Origin: Salisapilia sapeloensis CBS 127946
Taxonomy: Eukaryota; Protista; Oomycota
Reading direction: 5' to 3'
DNA: 53,676 nt
Assembly (NCBI GenBank): GCA_023334545.1
Contig: JAADVB010000121.1
Coordinates: forward strand, 1 to 53,676
Part shown: positions 47,534-53,676 of the stretch, piece after piece
Position numbering within the stretch: the stretch's first letter is position 1
Layout of the letters: each line of letters starts with the position of its first letter
The notes under the pieces: generated by a model
Told to the model about the DNA's origin: nothing
The model's input: only the letters and a program-made list of their open reading frames with translations
Databases searched by the model: none
Program-made: the position numbers and the translations under genes

Positions 47534-49266
47534 TTAAAGTCGCTGGGAATAGTTGTTGCTGACTGGCACTAGGTTATCTCTCTTGAGCAATCCCAAGCCA
47601 TGTCCGAGGTACTTAGATTTGTGCTGCGGATTGCTTCTAAACGTAATAAAAGTCAGACCGTACAAAGAATATGAGTTGAATATCTCGGAGTACATATTTG
47701 TATCCGAAGAGGACGCACGTCTTGACCTAGATAACATACACTCTAAGTCCTCTCTTCTTCGGCGTAGCAGAAATTGCAAAGTTTACCTGTGAAAAAGTAG
47801 CTTCTTCGGTGGTTCAGTTGGGCTATCTGAACACTGGAAACACTCTCGACTTCCGTATTCACTACTTGTCTTTGGACTGGAAACTCGTCCGGATGTTGGA
47901 CTTTTGCTCGATTTGTTTCCAACATGAGGCAAAGCTGTTAAGCTTGCTGTCATTGCCAACGTTCGGTTCGGGATAATGTCACGACGATATTTTCGAACGG
48001 CACGATCACCTTTCGTCACACCATGAACCTTGCCCAAATTACCAGATCGCAAAACCATCGTCTTGTCATCTGATTCTGTCCTGTCAATCTCATACCCTCG
48101 CTATAGTGAAATATAAAAAACAATGTCGATGCTGCTTTCTATAAGAGACAGTAGATAAGGTGATTAATACCGTCAGCGCTTCATCGACTGACGTATGTGC
48201 TACGGTCCACAAAATTATTTGTCATAAATACAAAAAATAAACAAGGCTAGTTGTACATACTTGTTGCTTGCTGAGCGAGTCGGAATTGTGCTGCGTGGAG
48301 ATCGAGCATGACCTGCTCATAGCGCAGAATCCATACAGTTGATTCTTTCTCTTTACTCGTCAACTTTCTATCAAAATCAAATTATTTATCAAAACTGTAA
48401 GTCTACAGTTCTCCACGAAGCTATTATCCTCGCTATCGATGCAATACCTGCTGCAATCGAGTAACTTCAATTGTGTCGTTCCCAAAGTCTCTCTTGTCTT
48501 GCCAAACTCTTCCTCAGTTTTCTACAATGGAATTTGTACGTTTATATAATTCTTGTCATGAAAGCATACTATAGCAATACCTTTAGCAGTTTTGCACTGC
48601 AACGTAAGGTAGCTCGTAATCCGTCCAATTCGGCCTCTTTATGCTTGAGCTGGTCACGAAGATGCGAGACTTCCTGCGTGACATTGTTCTATGAAGAGAG
48701 GTAAGACACATGTTACTCAATGACATTCTAGTTTGACCTACTGCTCCTGCTATCATCGCCTCGATCTGTTTCTCTTTTGCGTAAATTTCCTCCAAGTCCT
48801 GAAGTCTTTGCACTCGCTCTTCTTGCAACTCAAAAATCAATCTATTCGTCTGACGGTCCTTTAAGATCTTCTCTCTACATTCAAGACGCATAAACTTTTG
48901 TATCAAATAGAAGTACTGGTGACCAAATACTTTTCTTCTCGTTCCTCTTCAAGTGCTATTCGCGTCTTCTCCAACTCTTCATCTAGTACACTGAGAAGTT
49001 ACGAGTAAAAGATAAAGCTATCTTAACATTTACAGCTGATCAATGGTTGATTACCGAAGACGTCCTCGCTGAGCTATACATTCCACAAAGATTTAGCAGG
49101 CATTCTACTTCGCTGATAAGCAACTAGCAATACATGTATTCATGAGCTTTTGCATTGCCAACGCGTCTTCCAATTTCTTGATTCGTTCCTACAACACCAC
49201 ATCAGGAAATAGATGACCAGAGGCATGAAATGCGTACGTTCACACCTCATATTGCTTCTGATGCAT
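47534..49266 (-). CDS. Coiled-coil protein of unknown function, many short exons
   Basis: Heptad-rich exons (ERIKKLEDALAMQKL; LDEELEKTRIALEEEREEK; IFELQEERVQRLQDLEE; QEVSHLRDQLKHKEAELDGLR) separated by GT-AG introns. Start and exon structure are approximate. Confidence 0.5.
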
Positions 49267-49385
49267 CGTAATAACCCAGTCTATGAATATCTCACTGCTG
49301 CTACAAAAGTATTGCTATATTTCCAGCTTATCTAAGCGGTTTCAAGTCTATCTCCAGCGATACCAAAGCAGTCATGTTAACTCTA

Positions 49386-52284
49386 TCACTCGAGACGTGA
49401 TACTAGTTTCCTCTTTCGACGCCAACGCCAGCGCATGGACGACGTCTGATTTTCATCCGCCTCCTCTTCTTCAAAGCACAAGTTATCCAGCAAAGCATAC
49501 AAGTCGCTCCCATATCGCTCGTTCATCCAATTCACAAACAACTTCCCACGGAACAAATGATGTCTCTCCTCTAGTACATACGAAGCAAAGCAGATGAGGT
49601 AAAAGTATCGCTCGAGGTAATTCACAGCTCGACGCATGTAGTACTCTCTCTTCGCTGGCGGCAATTCCTTATCGCCAGCAACGTCTCTTGTCTGGGCAAT
49701 GCAATCGCGTAGGTTCTGCATGTGCTCACACTGGTCCACAGCGTAGTCGACCAGCAACTTGCATTCATTTCCATTATCTAACGTCGCCAATAGCTTTCGA
49801 ATGGCCATGAACTCTGCTGCGTTCGCAGACGAGATTCGACGTCCGGACGTATCGTTTACACCCCCACAGATCTGCGCAAGAAGACTTCCTTCACCACTAG
49901 CGACAAGATCCTGCAGTGACGTTCGAAGCATATAGATACACACTAACGCAGTCGTCGTCCTCCCTCTTCCCATCTGACAATTACAAATCACTGCCGTCTT
50001 CTTCTCATGCCCAGGATGTCCGTCCAACCCGAGCTCTTTGATGAATGCAGGCACCAGCAGTCGGACCATATCATCCAAATCTTTCTCCTCCGGTGCCGTC
50101 TCATCTGACACGGGAATACGAGCGTATCGAAGGTCAAACGCATTCGCCGTCGCAACGTCTGCATGTACTTCATCTAATGTTCGAATCTCTTCATCTGGTG
50201 CAATGTACTCCATCCTCTCTTCATTCACCATATCCTTTGGTTCATGCCAATACAAGAACAATCCATTCGCTTTCTTCACTTCTCCAATCATCTCTCGTTT
50301 CAACTGCCTTTCAATCGCGCATATTTCATCCACTTCGACGCCAGGATACTCGACATTCTCTAACAAATTCTCTGCATGACGCAAAACAAATGGACGTCCG
50401 CGAACGTACATGACTGCTTCTTCACGCAGATTAATCCAAATCGCTTGATCAAAGTCTTGTTTCAAATGTGCGACAGCTTCATGCAGTCCGTCTTCTAGTG
50501 CCTGTGCTGTACCAAAGAGTGGCTGCTGAGGGATACGACGGAAGTTCGGAAGATTCGGAGATAGTTCCGTCGGGATACGAGCGATGCCGAAGAAGTGATC
50601 GAACTTAATAGCCGTGCCTTTTAAGACACTGTCTGTTCGGTACTTGACGCCACCCATGTCGTCCAAAAGTCGGAACAAGTGATGACGATTCTGCAGCCAC
50701 TTGGAGAACGATGGCTGCTCCTCTCTTTCGGATGCATCGGCATCGTCTGCATAGATGGACAATATGTAGGAACCAAAGACGATGAGGTAAAAGTATCGCT
50801 CGAGGAAACTTAATGCGTGATGCAAGTAAAAGGAACGCTTTGCTGGCTTGGCTTCTGCTGTCGACAAGGCATGGAAGTGAGAAATGACACTGCGGAGGTT
50901 GTAGATGGCTGTGCACTGGTCAATGACATGATCTACCCAGCGTTTAGCAACGTATCCAAGAGGTAGATGCTTCTGCACTTCTCGAATGACGTTAAAGTCA
51001 CCTTCTTCCACCTCTTTCTCACCAGCGTTTTCGTACTGTTTAGTATCTATCCTAGGTCCATTCCACATGAGACTCGACAGCACGAGCGCCGTTGTTGTCC
51101 GTCTCTTTCCCATCTGACAGTTAAACACGACGGCAGTGTCTTGACCGTCCTCCGTCATCGTGCGTTGGATAAGAGCCATGAGACGCTCGACATCTGCCTG
51201 CTCTGGTGCATTCCCTCTTTCAATCGGAATGCGATGGTACTCGACTAGCTGTATTTGCTCCACTGCTTCTGTCACTTCTGAAGACAAATACAGCTGAGGT
51301 AGCGTTAGCACCTGATCTGGATGGACTTGAGACGTATGTAATTCATTATTATGCACTTCTGCTTCTTCATGCCAATACTCGAATCGATTTTGGGCAGCAG
51401 TAAGCTCTTCACGGAGACTCATCTGCATCGATGACTCCATGACTTGGACACGATGGCCAGTGATGCCTGGAATCAAGTCATTCTCATTTAAATTGGCACT
51501 TCGGCGAGCTGTAAAGGGTGTCCCATTGACATAGATCACAGCTTCTTCTCTCAGATTGATCCAAATAACTTTGGAAAACCCGTCACTCGCCACTCGGTTC
51601 AATACTTTCTTAATCCCTTCCTACACACCACGATTTTAGCAACCATTTTCCTTGACATTTTAAAATGAACTATACGAGAGTCGGCTGTGCGGAGCCATAG
51701 AATGGAGTGCCATCTAGACGACGAAAGTTCGGGACTAGAGAAAGCATGTTAGCAGAAATAGCATCGTACAAAAAAGTCTATACGGATACCCAAGTCGCCA
51801 TCCGGTGTATCGAGTACATGGCAATTAGGAAAGCGATCTGTCTTGAGTACATACTGGCGTAGAACCTGAAAAAAAGTACTCAGTAGCTCTCCTTTCTATT
51901 GACACTATAAAGCATACTTTGGTTCCCTGGACGAGCAAACTCTTCTGACGAGTTAAGATCCGACGCTCACTTTTGCCACGAGCAAGAGCCTGTATGCGCA
52001 TGGCAGCATCATCTGCTTTGGCATGCTTCTTAGCTACCGAACTACCTGCTTGCTTTAATGACAGATACTGTTAGCTCGACACGAATAAACTAGGAATAGA
52101 TCATGAAGCCTACGGATGGAATCATATCTGAGCTCTTAGGCTTTGCGGAAGCATGATCCAACATCCAACTTCGTATCGGTTCCAAAAGCTCACGTAGCTT
52201 ATTCTGCGGGTTCTCAGACTCCTTCACTTCATTCGCCGAGGCATAAACGCCTTCTAATAACTCATCTACCTCCATGATCGTCAT
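49386..52284 (-). CDS. Paladin-like (PTP-like phytase/phosphoinositide phosphatase) protein with an N-terminal IQ motif, 4 introns
   Basis: VLKTDRFPNCH..LPNFRR..GSAQPT, WINLREE (x2), RIP, two CX5R loops (NCQMGKRRTT, NCQMGRGRTT), LERYFYLI (x2). The 5' exons splice in frame. Confidence 0.88.
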
Positions 52285-52370
52285 GATGACCTAGACAAAG
52301 AGAATGATATTCTAATTGGCTGAAAAACACGCCTTTGTGTATTCTGATTTGCTGTTTTACTACTATGTTT

Positions 52371-53610
52371 TCAGCCAATTGTGTGCAAAGTTAGTGTTGA
52401 AGTTACGGATCTTGAGAGGTCGTTTTTGTGGTGGAGAGTCTCGTCCTGCCTAATGCAAGTGGGCAATGCCGATCGAGCGATAATGACTATTTCTGCCTGC
52501 AGCCATGAGCACTCCAAAATCGCTTTGGCACTCGAGACAGAATTCATAAACGAGTTGATCGACCTGACGTATGGTTGATCAATAAATTTGTAGATGCTGT
52601 CAAGTAGCTATACGCATTAAGCGTACCTGATGCAGATAGTTTTGAATGGCTTGCTCGTTATCTAGAGGCCATTTACTCATCATGGAGTCTAAATCGTCTT
52701 TCACTCGAGATAGCTCTGCTCTCTTCTCATTGTGCTGTACCAAGGATACATTTTACCCATCAAATGGAGTTTCGGCGTTGTAAACTTGCGTACCTCTTGC
52801 GTCACTTGTGCGATATGGTTCATGTCTTTCTTGTCAAGCTTTAACGCAGCCAGCTGAAACGTAAGTCAAAAGCTGGCACGATACATGTCTACTAGGATAA
52901 TGTACCTGCCGCTTGATGTAGTCCAGCTCCAACTTGATGTTCTTGTACTCGACAATGTTCGCGTAGACATGCTTCAAGCATTCAAGACGCTCGTCAATGC
53001 TGCGAAGCACCTTACGACTTACCAATTCCTATAGCAGTAATTATGATAACCATCGTACTCGTTATCGTACAATTGAATCGTAATGGGAGATTAGAGAGTT
53101 GCATACATCAAGTCCGTAAGCATGCTCAACCATGCGATTTATCGTATACAGAAAGGTGGGTGGATGATCTTCTGTCGATCTTGAAACTCCATTCGAGTCC
53201 CTCGCTACCGTTTGAAGAGCTAGCATTGCATCTAGAATGTGGTTAAATAGATCAAGCGGATACTTTATATAACGATTCTGTCGTGCCATACGTAGAACGG
53301 AAGTGGTGTATGCTTGGATTGTCTTTTTAGCACTTGTCGACGACTTGATCGCGACAGAGTAGTCATGCAAGTTACGCTCAAACTGAACTTCTTCGTAGTG
53401 CGGAACGAGTCGAGTGGCCGTCAAAATGCGCTGGACCAACCGGTTCTTTCGAGATTTCAACCATGCTAAAAATCCCTCTTCCCTCTTCCTAGGACGACTA
53501 TGATCAGTGTATTCCTCACAGCTCCTCGGACTAACGTTCTCTAGCATCGGGATAGCAGATTCTCCGCTGCCATCTCTTCCAGTAGGGCTTGAGACCTTCT
53601 CCGTAGTCAT
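52371..53610 (-). CDS. Helical protein, possibly BAR-domain, multi-exon
   Basis: YEEVQFERNLHDY...KKTIQAYTTSVLRMARQN, KVLRSIDERLECLKHVY..YKNIKLELDYIKRQ|LAALK and EKRAELSRVKDDLDSMM resemble the three BAR helices. Coding is well supported; the BAR call is tentative. Confidence 0.5.
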
Positions 53611-53676
53611 CTTGCCAAGTACCCACCCGCCTTTCGACTAGAATCTACCTCAACTCGTGTCCTTTAAGGAGATGGA

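Noticed and set aside
1-53676. CRISPR arrays, rRNA/tRNA genes, intact transposases or retroelements, telomeric repeats
   Set aside because: None seen: no regularly spaced short repeats, no DDE/RT/integrase motifs and no recognisable structural RNA genes.

Overview
Gene-dense eukaryotic DNA with many short GT-AG introns (about 50-85 nt). The gene content, splice signals (GTACGT/GTGCGT/GTATG donors, CTAAC/CTAAT-like branch points) and an INR-FPR-like core promoter point to a compact, probably flagellated oomycete (stramenopile) genome. The ORF track is fragmented by introns, so I rebuilt gene models by hand. Housekeeping genes in order: cullin, DGAT2-family acyltransferase, VWA8, EF-hand protein, GPN3, cytochrome P450, small FCS-type zinc-finger protein, proteasome alpha7, POT1, ATG9, UBE2T; then TLC-domain protein, DNAAF9/Shulin, PKA-like kinase, MMS22L-like protein, coiled-coil protein, paladin-like phosphatase, BAR-like protein. 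A gene-sparse accessory island (about 24.9-33.3 kb) interrupts them. It holds two direct copies of a degenerate ~0.7 kb repeat (a third partial copy is at 1-262) that bracket a Tc3-type HTH + C2H2 gene lacking a DDE domain and a secreted pectin lyase, followed by an orphan gene. Best leads: (1) POT1 appears to be spliced in frame to an extra upstream OB-fold-like module, (2) the repeat-bracketed cassette, (3) a Tudor-like + MMS22L-like fusion, (4) an IQ-motif paladin-like phosphatase. All family calls come from motif recognition by eye; no database search was run.
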